DNA of 64,000 nucleotides from Chrysomallon squamiferum (Eukaryota; Animalia; Mollusca). This document shows positions 1 to 21,213 of this stretch, piece after piece. Made by a program: the position numbers and the translations under genes. Position 1 is the stretch's first letter, and each line of letters begins with the position of its first letter. The stretch covers positions 14,136,001-14,200,000 of the forward strand of contig CM022667.1 in the NCBI GenBank assembly GCA_012295275.1, in the 5' to 3' direction. The notes beneath the pieces are model-generated. The model was not told where the DNA came from and searched no databases. It saw only the letters and a list, made by a program, of their open reading frames with translations.

Positions 1-159
1 AGAATCTTTAACAGTTTTTCTGACTGTCTGTCCTACTGTCGATCTTTCTTTCTGTCTCTCTCCCTCTCCCTCTCTTTCTTATACCAACACACACATACAC
101 ACATACACGAACACATTCATACACACATACAAGCACAGACACACATGATTCAACAAAAT

Positions 160-467
160 TAATAGTTATTCCTTTACAAAAATATAATAATTAGTTCTAT
201 TAAGACCTTTACAAAAATATAATATTAGTTCTATTAATACCTTTACAAAAATATAATAATTAGTTCTGTTAATACCTTTACAGAAATATAATAATTAGTT
301 CTATTAATTCCTTTACAGAAATATAATAATTAGTTCTATTAATACCTTTACAGAAATATAATAACTAGTTCTATTAATACCTTTACAGAAATATAATAAT
401 TAGTTCTATAAAAAAAATATAATAATTAGTTCTATTAAAAAAATACGATAATTAGTTCTGTTAATAC

Positions 468-477
<10 letters not shown>
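160..477. repeat. 35-bp minisatellite (TTAGTTCTATTAATACCTTTACAGAAATATAATAA) overlapping the ShKT2 exon/intron junction
   Basis: CCTTTACA recurs at 171, 206, 240, 275, 310, 345, 380 and 467, with two truncated units between about 400 and 455. Confidence 0.93.
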
Positions 478-7191
<6,714 letters not shown>

Positions 7192-7259
7192 CACGGGACT
7201 TGCAGCAGTTTTGTTAACGTTTTTTTCCCACTCACTTATGTAGGTTTTCTTCTACCGGC

Positions 7260-7269
7260 GTCACGTGAT
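7260..7269. promoter_or_regulatory. E-box GTCACGTGAT about 70 bp upstream of the VWA-ShKT start codon
   Basis: Palindromic TCACGTGA (bHLH-ZIP USF/MITF/TFEB-type) in proximal promoter position. Function is not demonstrated. Confidence 0.35.
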
Positions 7270-7733
7270 CGCTTACTAATCTAAGAATTGTTATAACCTA
7301 GTAATGACATCTGCAAAAGCTCACACCCACTGTTTGAAGATAGCTTAAAAACTGCTGATAATTGACAGTTTGTTATCAAACAATAGTAAAATAAAAATAT
7401 GAATGAAATCATTTTTAGCGTTTTCGATCTCAACTTAAGAGAATCACTGTTAATAACTGCAGAATCGTTTCCTTGAAATAACGTAAACATTGTAATTAAA
7501 AAAGTTTACTCTGTTTGTTTTTATCATTTTATTTTATATATAAATATATTTAAATGATGTTTTAAATTACAAAACAGACCTATGGTTCACAATCTTATCT
7601 GGGCCATTGTCCCAAGCTAATCCTGTCAACTATTTAGAATCTCATTTGGGACAAAATCTAACGAAATGTCTGGAAATGTCTACAATGTATGTGTGTGTGT
7701 CTCTGTTTATGTGTGTGATAGACAGATAGACAG

Positions 7734-7827
<94 letters not shown>

Positions 7828-9068
7828 GCTTAATTATGTTCAAAACGATCATCTATTATCTACGCAGTCATTTAGCAAATTTTTCAACAGGGTGTATTAA
7901 GTTTTTAGGATGATGTCCAATATCACAATAGTTGTCGAAAAATACCGGAATTTAAAATACACAGTCTGGTATTCGAAGAACAAGAGGAATAATTTAGTAT
8001 GAGTAATCTCCCTTCAACTACAAAGAATATTAATTTTATACCTTCAACTGAAAATGTGAGAAAAGGTTTCGTAGATAAATGTGCTTCCTTCTGTTTTAGT
8101 GGTTCATTACAGTTATTTTTATTTTGTTAAAAGGTAAATAAATAAATAACCTAAGTAACTAAGTCTCTCTAACTAACTAACTTTTTTTAATAAATAAAAC
8201 AAAAAATAATCATAACAATCGTTCAGTTAAATCTTACAGAACAGTTTCCCCTCTATATTTTTGAATTACGTGATCCTTTTTAGGACAATTCTCTGTCTGT
8301 TTTTTTCTTTCTGTGCATCTCTCCTCATGTTCGATTCTCTCTCTCTCCCTAAGGTTATCTCCCCCTCTCTAATCGTTATCTCTCTTTCATCAGATAATCA
8401 AGACTGCACCTCTTTTTTTGGTTTTCTCTTTCATCTCTCCTCTCTTTTCTCTCGTAATTTATTATTATTATTATTATTATTACTATTATTATTATTATTT
8501 TTATTATTATTATTCTTTTACCAGGACAGTTCTCATTATTTTATTTTTTTTTATTTCTTTATGTACTATTATTGTTCGATTATTGTTAAGGTTATTATCT
8601 TTAATTATTCTGTATAATAATCACTTTTTTTTTTTACTTTCATCTGTTTTCATCATAATTTATTATTATTATTATTATTTATTATTATTATAATTATTAT
8701 TATTATTATTATTATTATCATCATTATTCATTGTTGTTATCGTTCCATTTTTACGTATTATTGAATTACTGTTGTTGTCAGTTTTGCGTGATATTATTTC
8801 TCAGTTGTTGGATGAAATAATAATACTTCTTTTTTGGTGGGGTTTTTATTGTTGTTATTGTTGTTTGTGTTTGTGTTATTGTTACTGTTGGAGATATATT
8901 TTTCATTAGTTATCTATAAGAGTCTGTAAGATTTGTATAAACTCTGTCAGCATTTCTCTGGCAAACACAAAAACACAGCGTTAAATGATAAACAATTATT
9001 TATTGATTTTACTGAGGAAAATAAATAAATAAATAAATAAATAGCTATACATATATATATACACACAC

Positions 9069-9175
<107 letters not shown>

Positions 9176-9276
9176 CATAAATAAAATTATGTCATCATCA
9201 TAATCATTATCACCATCATCAACATCATCATCATCATCGTCATTCTCGTAAGGTCTCACACCACACTTACGAAGTG

Positions 9277-10053
9277 CTAGGTGATATAGAAAGGAGTTTC
9301 GTTCAGTCTGATTTTTCTTCCCGGCTCCTTCAGCCACAGAGACTTGGAACTGTTGGGCAGGCGCGTGACGCTTATCCTCCCGTCGACAGTCTTCGGCACG
9401 TTCGTCCTGGGCAGCTGTGAAATGAACGGCGTACGGACGTCGAGCCTGGGCGTGTACACCTCTCCCCCTTCCTCGATCTTCGGCTTGTGGTAGACGCGAC
9501 ACAGCTGAAGCTTGAGGATCTCTCGCTCCGTGAGCCTGGAGCAGGGTCGGGCGGTGCACTGGAACCTGGGCGGCTCCTTATCGTCCATTGCTTTCTCCCA
9601 CACGTTGCGCGTCCTCTTCGGCTTCACGACGAAGGCGTCGATTGTCGTGAACGTCGTCGGGGTGCGACTGCGGGACTGCCTGGGAAACATGTAGCCCGGA
9701 AGGTTGGCGATCTTAGGGTCGTAGCCGTACGTCTCCATGAAAGCCTTGCGGCGGAAAGCTTCGGAAGGTGCCGGCCGCTCTACGACGATCATCGGCTCGT
9801 AGTTGAGACACTGACTGGATCGCACGAAGGTTTTCCTAAGCTGGTGCATTTTGGTTTCCATCCTGCGTATGTCGAGCTCGATTCGCGAGAGGTGCTGGCA
9901 CAGCACGGGGTCCCGCTTCGTCTTGATGTTGATCAGACACTCGCCGAACTTGGAGTCTTTGGGACACCGAGCCATCGACATCGCCTTCTCCAGCTCCAGT
10001 TTGGCTTTCCGCGAGCGATTGGCGTCCAAGCTGATCTTTTCGTGAAAACTCAT
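9277..10053 (-). CDS. Uncharacterised basic (R/K/P-rich) 258-aa protein, single coding exon, possible N-terminal coiled-coil; no domain recognised
   Basis: Long GC-rich ORF with strong GC3 bias set in AT-rich DNA. Acceptor ttctttccag ends at 10074, then 20 nt of leader and acaATG at 10053; TAG at 9279-9277. The ORF-track start at 10125 is probably intronic. An upstream coding exon cannot be excluded. Confidence 0.8.
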   Translation of the reverse strand: MSFHEKISLDANRSRKAKLELEKAMSMARCPKDSKFGECLINIKTKRDPVLCQHLSRIELDIRRMETKMHQLRKTFVRSSQCLNYEPMIVVERPAPSEAFRRKAFMETYGYDPKIANLPGYMFPRQSRSRTPTTFTTIDAFVVKPKRTRNVWEKAMDDKEPPRFQCTARPCSRLTEREILKLQLCRVYHKPKIEEGGEVYTPRLDVRTPFISQLPRTNVPKTVDGRISVTRLPNSSKSLWLKEPGRKIRLNETPFYIT

Positions 10054-10129
10054 TGTTGTGGAATCTTGAACGTCTGGAAAGAAGTGTTTCGTAACAAGTA
10101 AATAGGTATAAATAATCCCGAACAAATAT

Positions 10130-10142
10130 ATATCTATATCTA

Positions 10143-10239
<97 letters not shown>

Positions 10240-10240
10240 G

Positions 10241-10291
<51 letters not shown>

Positions 10292-10336
10292 GTCTATCTA
10301 TCTGTCTGTATATCAATCTATCTATCTATCTATATG

Positions 10337-10368
<32 letters not shown>

Positions 10369-10396
10369 GATAGATAGATAGATAGATAGATAGATA
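10130..10396. repeat. (TATC)n tract that flips to (GATA)n
   Basis: Seen directly; the orientation switch is at TCTAGA 10365-10370. Confidence 0.95.
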
Positions 10397-10459
10397 TAAG
10401 CGTAATCTTTAGCATATTTAATAATTTCAAACAAAATTTCATCATTTGTATGTTATATT

Positions 10460-10515
10460 AAAGGCCGTGGAGTGTTCTATTGTGTCTGTGGCAAAATATT
10501 TATGTAGGGCCTATC
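10460..10515 (+). mobile_element. Possible decayed fragment of a molluscan tRNA-SINE central core
   Basis: AAAGGCCGTGGAGTGTTCTATTGTGTCTGTGG resembles a SINE core I recall from gastropod/bivalve genomes (AAAGGCCGTGGTATGTnCTATCCTGTCTGTGG). From memory, not searched. Confidence 0.4.
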
Positions 10516-12342
10516 CAACTCTTTGTTTAAACTGTAAAACTTCACCTAATAATAATAATGTATTCCTTTATATAATATCTTTAAAAAAAAAAAAATTGTT
10601 ATTCACATACACGTACACGCACACACATCTGTAACACCTACCTATCTAATCTACCTGCCTACATACATACCAGTGGGCATACATATGCACATACATACTT
10701 TTTTCAGTACATTTCTTCTTTTTTTTTTTATTATTTATTATTTGCTTCTTCTCTGTTCGTTAGTGTTAGGTCTAAATAACCATTAAGATCTGGAATCCTA
10801 TTTCAGAACTGCTGTTACCGAGAGAGACAAAAAAAACGTTTGAAGAGCTCTTATTAACTTATCCTCCAAAAAAAACCACGCATACTAATTATGCAGACAA
10901 AGTACTGACTGTAAAGTCTAAACTGTATGCATATAAAACCCAGATGTGTTTTAACTCTATTTTTATCACTGAAACGCCTGATTTTTGGACAACACTGCTA
11001 AAAAAAAATCTCAGTGTCAGTGAATGTAAACACGTGTCATGCACCTTTAACACTTCAGATGCGAGGCTTTTTCCAATTACCGCACTTTCACGGCGCGCTG
11101 CATTTTGTAATTGTGGCGGCCACGAAACAGCCCGAAGCTTGAATCGATACTTTCCGTTACGTACAAAGCGTAATCTCGCTTGGTCGCCCACCTTGCAATA
11201 TTCCGTTAAACGGCCACATTTTGTGACTTTTTTTTTTTTTTTTTTTTGTTCCCGTTCACTTTTAAAACCGTTTGAACACTTTCTATAGAAGTCGATTGAG
11301 AAAGGGATGATTATGATGTTGGAAAGACGAAATTGCCGTCACTGTGGGCTATCTATCTCTCTCTCTCTCTCTCTTGCGTTTCCGTCATCTGCCTATAATC
11401 GCCAAAAACACATTTCTTTTGATAGAGCTTGGACCTTGCCGCTTACGGTATTATTTTTGACAGTTGATTAAACAGCATTCAGTGAATTTTTCGGTGTTGC
11501 CGTTGTTGCTTCAGAAGGTCGCAAGTGTTAAATCTGCTTTGTAACGGTCTGTACACGGTCGTTTGAACGGCCTAAAGTGTTAATGGCGATTTCAGGGTCG
11601 GCTCCACTGGGATTAGAAACTGCTGACGTCATCGTTATCGTAGATATGAGTTTCATTATAAAGGGGGAAAAAAAGATGAAATTGAAGTAACGTAAAAGAA
11701 AAAAAAATAATAAGGAAAAGCAGAAACAAAATAAGCAAAAAAAAAAAGAAAGAGAAAAAACAACAGCAGCGATAACAAAACAAAAAAACAAAGAAAAAAA
11801 CAACAGCAGCGATAACAACAAACTAATAACAAAACAAAAACACCCCCCCAAAAACAACAGCACAAAATTAACAACACAAGAACAAAAAAACAACACCATC
11901 AACAACAGCGAAGCAAGACTTTGGTAAAATAGAGAGACTGATGTAGCTCCAAGCTTGTAGCTGTATTCAACAATACCATTCACTGAATAAGAAAATAATT
12001 CAGTGGATAGACAGATCTATAGACAGACAGGTAGATGGATTCAGTAACAGACGTATGGAGAGACAGAGAGATCAGGTGAATTCACTTGTTATAAATATGA
12101 ATATTGTTTTTTTAATCGGAAATCGAAAACTAACTTATTTAGAAACGTATGTTTGACATGCATATAAATTTACATATTTAAAATACACTTAAAAGAAGAC
12201 TGTACACATATACAATAACCAAAAACGTTATGAAGATGTTTTTAAGATTTAACGTTTACTCTTTTTTCAACTCTCTCACTCCTTCGGTCTCTACGTAGTT
12301 TAGGATTTTGAATATTCACTGTCGTATGTACGTCTGAATAGA

Positions 12343-12423
12343 GCCTCTGACGAGACTCGAACGTATAGCATCCATTAGCCCGCACTCCATAGGCGGACGA
12401 TATTACCGTTTGGCCACCGAGAC
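12343..12423 (-). pseudogene. tRNA-derived sequence (decayed tRNA pseudogene or SINE head)
   Basis: Minus strand reads GTCTCGGTGGCCAAACGGTAA...GTTCGAGTCTCGTCAGAGGC. It has an A-box (TGGCCAAACGG), a B-box (GTTCGAGTC), a 6/7-paired acceptor stem, a broken T-stem and a long variable region. Confidence 0.6.
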
Positions 12424-12539
<116 letters not shown>

Positions 12540-12980
12540 GAATGTATGTGTGTATTATGTATGTATGTATGTGCGTGCGTGCGTGCGTGTGTGTATATGT
12601 GGAATCACCCAAGCAGATAAATAATACTGGGCAACACAAACGTATAAAACACTATCACCCCAAATCACTATTGTTAACATAGTATCAAGTTTACTTACAA
12701 TCAATAAACAGTTACCTACCCACGTAAAGACGTATTATTAGCTCACAAATACGTATTTAAGATTAAACGATAATAATGTGACTTATGTTGATAAGGTTAA
12801 CGTAATGACTAATGCTAAAAGCAAGTCACAAATCGGTAAGATTAACGTATAGTAGGAATGGCTTAGCAGAAGAATAGATTAATAATCTGACTTTATGAAT
12901 CTGTGGTATTCACGAGCTGTTGGAATGCAAAGGAAACATGTATGTGGTTTAGGATCAGAACTGCCACAAGTTATTTGCAA

Positions 12981-13077
<97 letters not shown>

Positions 13078-13276
13078 CCCAACATATATCCTTCAATCAT
13101 TTTTTTTCTATTAGTGTATATATGTAGGTATAAATGTACGTACGTATGTATTTATGTACGTTTGCATGTATGTATGTATTTAAATGTGTTTTGTATGAAT
13201 GTATCTAAGTATGTATGTATGTATGTATGTATGCATGTTTGTATGTATGTATGTATGCATGTACGTATGTGTTTTT

Positions 13277-13307
<31 letters not shown>

Positions 13308-13330
13308 GTTTGTATATATGTGTACGTTTA

Positions 13331-13429
<99 letters not shown>

Positions 13430-14179
13430 CCTATGATATGAGAAGTTAAACTTGTCGTCGAGCACAAGTATGATGATAAGTAATACAGGTGAATAACCGC
13501 TTGTTGTGTGTTTACGTGTATATGTATAAATAATAAATAAATAAATAAATAAATAATTTAAGAAAAAACAGAACGAAATGAAATAAAACGTCATCAAAAA
13601 AAAGAAGAAAGAAAGACAGACACAGTAGAATCGAAAAAAAATGAATAAATAAAATAAATAAATAAATAAATAAATAAATACAGTTAAAAAAGTAAGGAAG
13701 GTTGACTGAGAACACTTCGAATGCAGTTCAAACAAAATTACGGTTAATCTTTCAGTCCTATTGAAATCGACGTATCAAAACTATAAAATCATTCTATATT
13801 TCTATCAAAACATTTAACAACCGTTTATAAAATGCATTCTGATCGTGACTGGCTTTCTAACTAATGTAAATCTATTTAGTTGTTATTTTACACCAACGCA
13901 TTGAATTTTTATAAGAAACATGATTTGTATTGATAATAAATTAATTTTCACAAGAAGTATAATTTGCATTCAGATGCATGAATATTCATAAGCAGTATAA
14001 TTTTCGTTAAGAGTTTGTGAATATTCGTGACATATAAAATTACACAATAAAAAATTGACACTTATAATAAAAACATTAAAACCACAAAAAATAAAATAAA
14101 ATAAAATAAATAATAAATAAATACATAAATAAATAAATAAATAAAATAAAATAAAATAAAATAAAAATAAAATAAAAAA

Positions 14180-14218
<39 letters not shown>

Positions 14219-16714
14219 AATAGAATACTTAAAATAAAATAAAACACGTAAATAAATAAAGAATTAAGTAAATAAATAAATAAATAATGATGATGATGAT
14301 AAATACATACCAGATAAAACGGTTGTATTTTCTCGCAGTTACGTTTGGTTTGAGAATATCGGTATTTTCTTAACGTCGACGTCAATGACGTTTTTATTGT
14401 GGACATCACCTCAGTCAGTGTCGATGCCTTTCAATGATGATACTCTCAGCTGAAGTTAAATGCTGATGTAAGCGTGTATTTGCGAGGGTACACAGAGTAA
14501 AAATAAAAATTTGAGGGAAACAGAATGAATAAGTGAAAAGAATCCACAAGCAGAAATTCAGTTATAACACTTGTATCATTAGTTTTGTGTGCTTAACAGA
14601 AGTATCATTCTGCAGTCTTAGTTCTTTTATAATGAATCAATAGAGATTAATTTCAGCTAATGTTCAGCATAAACTGGAATGTTTAGTCGAATCAGTTATC
14701 ACGTAGCTTTGATATATCACTAGTTAATTACAACTTCTCCAAAGTAAAAGATTAGATTAATCCAGACTAAATTATCTCTAGTTGAAATTCAGCACAGAAT
14801 GTATATCGAACTTTCTCAGTATCCTAGACGAAGAAGCTGAGTATCTTGAAAGACAGATAGAACTCCTCACTATTCTGGTGAGGTAGCCAAGTATCTTGAA
14901 TAATGTTCCTGCAAAAAAAGAAGAAAAAAAAACAAACTGTGAAAATATCTCATTGAAGTAGTTGAGTAACGTCCGCAGTAGTTGAATATTATTCTAAATT
15001 TGTTAATACTAATGTGAAGTAAGAGAAAACGTAGTTTAAAGAACGTCGAAACGGGTTATAAGTATTTAAAGTAACTGAATCACATACCTAGTTGAAAGAC
15101 GATATATCCATATAAATGAAAAACACCAAAGATGATATTGTTGTTGTTGCTTGGTTTTTTCCTTCAAGGTGTAAAAGTGGTTTTCCCCTCAGATAATCAA
15201 ACTTGAAGACAGTAAGAACACCTCCTAAAACAGGAAAACACGTCTTCTTTCTTCAAGCCTGTAAACAGTTTGTTTTTTATTTTAATATTTCTTCTTGCCG
15301 AAGGTAACTGATGCAATGACGACATGTCCCCGGGTCATTCTTGTTTCTGTTATTATTATTATATAAACTGGAAAACCGTCATTTTATACAACACGTTAGA
15401 CGATTTAATAGATTGCAAACAAACGCGGTGGTGGCTATTTGCGATTCGTATCATAAGTCTGGACTAATGGGTACAAGCATAGCAGCGGTATTCCGACTGG
15501 GGTGGCAAACCAGCAGAGCAACGTAACCCGTCTTAACATCGCATTGAAGTTACTTCAAGCAAAACGCAGAGGCTCAAAAACCTGCTCACGTGTTAAACAC
15601 GTAGATCGAGCGACAAGGGGACTGCATATCTTTTTATTTGTGTATGGACAGATACGAATGCTTTAGGTGTGAAAGAAACTCTATACTCGACAACAGCATG
15701 GGTTTTTTTGTGTGTTTTTTTCAGAGGTTAAACTTTGGATGACTAAACAACATGCCAACATGCTTAAAAGAATATAAAAAAAGAAAAAATGTAAGATTAT
15801 TGTTAAGTAATGATTAATTGTTTTGTATATGGTGACATCCTTTACGTCGTTGAACGAAATTCAATTAAAAAGGTTAGAGAGCGACTATGGCATAAATGTG
15901 TATCTCCCTGTGTGTGTGTGTATGTATGTGTGTGTGTATGTATGTGTGTGTATGCATATACAGACACATACACACACACATATGAAGAGAGAGAGAGAAA
16001 GTGAGTGACTGTGAGAGAGAATAAAATTTGTAAGTTTTTATTATTTTACTTGTTCTAGTTGCTAGCAGCTGTTGTTACCATAATTGTTATTATTATTACT
16101 ATAGCATTTTTCGATTATTATTATTATTATTATTATTACTACTATTATTATTGTTGTTTTTAATATTACTGCTTTTATTATTATTATTGTTGTTGTTTTT
16201 AATATTACTGCTATTATTATTATTATTACTATTATTATTATTATTACTGTTTTTATCGCTATTGTCCTTGTTGTTGTAGTTAATTCTTTCCACACTGAAA
16301 ATAAATACTGTCATGTCGCTTTAATACATTTTTTATTTTTATTTTTTTACTTTTTTTTTATTTTATGACAAACTATACTGGCAGACGAGTAAATTAGTTT
16401 TGTCCCAGTTTGCAATGTGGCGTATCGTCAGATAGTTCGAAACGCTCGTATATAAATATCTTTCTATTATTATTATTATTATTTGCTTTTGTGACATTTC
16501 GCTTTTTTCATAAAAGAAAGCCATTACCTACTGATCGCCTTTTACACAAAACACCAAGCGCTAATCCAGATCCTTTCTTCGCTCGGGGAAATACCGAGAA
16601 CATTATTCGACGTGTGTGTGTATGAAGTATCTCAGTTTGTCAGTCTGTATAAAATAAGTTTGAAAAGAAAATATAGAACCCACCTCCCCGCCCACAAGAG
16701 AGAGAGAGTGTGTA

Positions 16715-16823
<109 letters not shown>

Positions 16824-17603
16824 ATGAAAATGAAGAAAAAAATCAAGGAAATAATAAATAAATAAATAAAAAATCCGAAAAAATATTACACGCACACACA
16901 CACACAAACACACACACACGCACACACACAAACATACACACACACACACACGCAGACACACACATATATATTATTATTTATTTATTTATTTTTTTCACCA
17001 TATATATAAATAAATAATAAAAAGTATAAATAAATACTTTTTAAAAAGCCATTAAAAAAAAAAATCAAAACTTAATATCTTAGAGCGCTCTTTTCAATCT
17101 AGGTGTCTTCATAAATACAATCTCCTCCCGAAACTTAATACAAACTACAAAAGTATACCCTCAGTCTACCCAGGGACATTTACACTTGCACAATAATTGT
17201 ATACAACTAACTGAAATAAGTTACCATTCATCACTGACAGCAACGATATACCTCCGTGACAGGTAGCACACACCTGGTGCATGCAAAGTCACGTGTACAG
17301 GTAAATCGTCTGTAATAATAGCGACTCTATTTAAAGTCACACGATTTTTATGTCCTGCTTACATTTATATGTATACCAGGTGTGATATTTTTGTGTTCGC
17401 TTTTTAGCATGTTTTTATCAAAATAAACACTGATTTGCTTTCAAGGTGTATGTATAGATAGGTAAATAGATACACTGACAGATCGAAAGGCGAATAGAGA
17501 GAGTAAGACAGACTTCCAGCTATCGATATGTGTGTTTCTGTCAAGTTAGTGAGATCGATGGACTGGTAGTTAGACAAATCAATAGGTAGATAAATAACTC
17601 GAG

Positions 17604-17634
<31 letters not shown>

Positions 17635-17644
17635 TTTATGTATG

Positions 17645-17679
<35 letters not shown>

Positions 17680-19218
17680 TGTGTACGTGATTCTGCAGTG
17701 TGTTTTGTGTGTGTGTGCGTGTGTGTGTGTGTGTGCGTGATCACTGAGATCACTGAGCGAGAGAGGAAAAGAGCCACTAACAGACAGCTACAGAAAGGTA
17801 GAGAGACACAGGGGGATGACTGAGTGAGACTATATCAGATGTTGTATGGGGAAACAGGAATGTATTGTGTGGTCATACGTAATGAAATTTTACACAAGGA
17901 TTAGAAGAAGACCACTGGAAGCCAGAGAAGATGAGGATTTTGTGTTGTATGAAGATATTTATTTTACCTTGACCTTTCTTAGGCTCGTCAGCCACACCGT
18001 GGTCTCAGAAGATCTCAGTGTTCAGTGTTCTGTGGTATTCGGTACAGGCAAACTGGAATGTAAAGCCACTGTATATGCGTGGTTAATGGTTCGAAGAGAA
18101 AAATAGAGAAAATAAAAACTAGTGTAAGAGTCAGTTGGCAGAACAGAAGAAAAACAGAGGTGTGAAAAAATGCATGTATTCATACATGTGTCTGCATTTT
18201 TGTGTTCTTGAATGTGTAGATTGATAGATAGATTGATGTACAGGAAGATAGATGTATGCATACATACATAACACTCATACACACTAATATATATATATAT
18301 ATATACATACATACAGAAAGACAGACAGACAGGTGCATTCATATTTATATACGGATAGTCAAAAAGCACAAAAAGAACCATCTATTCAAAAAAGTATGAT
18401 AAATATCTGGAGACAAAAATGTAGTTAAAACATGTAATACTAATATAACGATCCACCCATTCCCCCAATAGCTGTCTTCTAAGACAAAAATAAGAGAACC
18501 AAACTGTTGCACAGAGGATATCTGAATCCCAGAATTAACTTTAATCATTAAAAATTCACAATTTAGAAACATCTGTCCTCAGGACAAAGGAAAAAGAATG
18601 GGACACGTCGGTGCAACACGTCAAACAGTCATAAATCCTTTTGCGAATATCTTTTACAATCGAAATCGATCAAATAAGAAGATTATATACCTTCACGTAC
18701 ACTACGAACCGTAAAAAAAAACCCCCATTTATTTGTTTAATACGTGAGATTAAGCAACATTCTGAAGGGCTACGAATAGCGCCTGCTTATCCCGAACACA
18801 GCATTGCTTCTGATTTCAGTTCTCTCCTTGCTGTGGGACTTCTGAAAGGCGTCTGATTGTAAGACGGTCGACTAGGTAAACATAATTAAGAGTGTGTAAC
18901 TTCGTGCGAAAAGAACGTGTATCGTTTGACGGGAGGTTACGATCGGAAAATAATCAGACTGTCGTTCCAGTTAGTAACGCGTGATTCTGCACGTTACGCT
19001 GTGCAAATAAATCATCTGTGACAGATTATGATTACCAGAAGAGAAGCGTAGAGAAAATATCAGCGATAGAACCGATATTCACATTCATAGACAGGTGCGC
19101 GCACAGCTAGAACGCACACGTATTTATATGTCGATAAACATACAGACAGAAGGAAATATACATTCCTTGTTATTTGTTTATGTGCATTTGTGTCTATTTG
19201 TGCCGTATTTATTTATTT

Positions 19219-19338
<120 letters not shown>

Positions 19339-20550
19339 GTTATATTGCTTGTGTTTTTTGTTATTTAATTGTTTTTCATGCTGTATTATAACCAAACCAT
19401 AATGGTCATAATTATAACCAAACTAATTAAAAATATTTGTTTTTAACCACCAACGACACTTAATAACAGACCTGTGATACTCTATTCTCAGCTCCAGACA
19501 ATGAGACTGTAACTCGTGCATCTTAAATCCTTCTCTTTTACTTCTATCTCTCTACGTTTTTTTTCTTACAATTTTTTTTTTTTTTTACTTTATTCTATTC
19601 TCTAATTAATAAATAAATAAATAAATAAAATACAGAAATTAAATTTGGTTCAGCAAAACGAAAGGTTGAACGTTATAAGCTCTGTTTTCCGTTATATTCC
19701 GTTACATTCCGTTACTTTTGGAATGACGTCAACAATGAAATGTACGTCACTCGGTAGCTGTTGAGAGTTGTTTACGGAGCAAACGTGTTTCCCTTTTGAT
19801 TTTCTGAATTTTGCAAATGAGTCACTTTATTTTAAAATATGTAAGTATTTATTTATTTATTTATTTAGTTAATTAGAGAGTTAGAGCGTTAAGCACTATC
19901 CTGTCTTTAAATTGTGTTGTTGTTGTGTTGTTGTTGTTATTTTTTTGTGCATTTTTGATATCAGTTTTATACTTAACGCTTTTGTTCTTTAATTTATTAT
20001 TAGCAAATAACGGTAACTATTAACCACATACTCTTTAAAGCATATTGAATTTATTTACTACACACATACACATTACATAAACGTTCTGCTCTAACAACAT
20101 ACATTTTTTTCCTATTACAGCTATTTCCCATTACTTACAATTTATGCTTAATGTGACTGTGAAAGCCTCAGATAAAACTCGTAGACGTGTATATTGCTGC
20201 TGCTGTCTGGTGACAGCTCTGTAACACGTGGGTAGTCAAGTCTTCTCCCCGGGGTTCAGCTGAACACGGTATTCAGTGTTTAAGCACGAGTTGTTTAGTT
20301 TTTGAGTAATTAGTTATGTCGTCCACACTCGAAATTAACGGCTTATCTCGTTACCGTCTATCTCGTTACTGCGGAGGGAAAAGCGTCCGGCTCCCGTACA
20401 AACAGTCAATAATAAGTCGATGGAAACGGCGCCTGGGACACGGAATTATTGAGGAGGAGAGAGAAGTGTTTACGCCATCGCGTTTAAAAAATTCTCGAAC
20501 AGCGTCTTAGTTAAAGGAAGGAGAATAGATGAATAGTGAGAGACGATGTG

Positions 20551-20595
<45 letters not shown>

Positions 20596-21069
20596 AGAAG
20601 GAGAGAGTGTGTGTGTGTGGGGGGAGATGTGAGAGTGTGTTCTGTGTATGCATGAGAATGTGTTTGTATAATGTGTGTGTATGTGTTTGTGTGTTCATGT
20701 GTGTGTATGTCTTTGTGTGTGCATGTGTGTATATGTGTTTGTGTTTGTTGTGTGTATGTACACATGTGAATATGTGAATATGTGTTGTTTATTAGTGTCT
20801 GTATGTGTTTATATATATTAGAAGGGGAGGGAAATATACAGTGTTAGAGAGGGGGTAAAGGGAGGAAAGGACAGTGAGGAAGAAAGAAAATGGGAGAGCT
20901 ATAGAAAGAGTAAAAGAAGAAAAAATGGGAAAGATGGAGAGAGGGAAAGAGGAAAGAGAGAGTATGGGTGTTTGTACAAGTGAAATACACAGAGACTGAC
21001 TGATAAATGGATGGATGAATGGAAAGACAGAGAGAGTGCTGCATATAGATATATGTTTTCTGTATACAA

Positions 21070-21115
<46 letters not shown>

Positions 21116-21150
21116 ATAATAATAATAACAACAACAACAACAACAACAAC

Positions 21151-21213
<63 letters not shown>

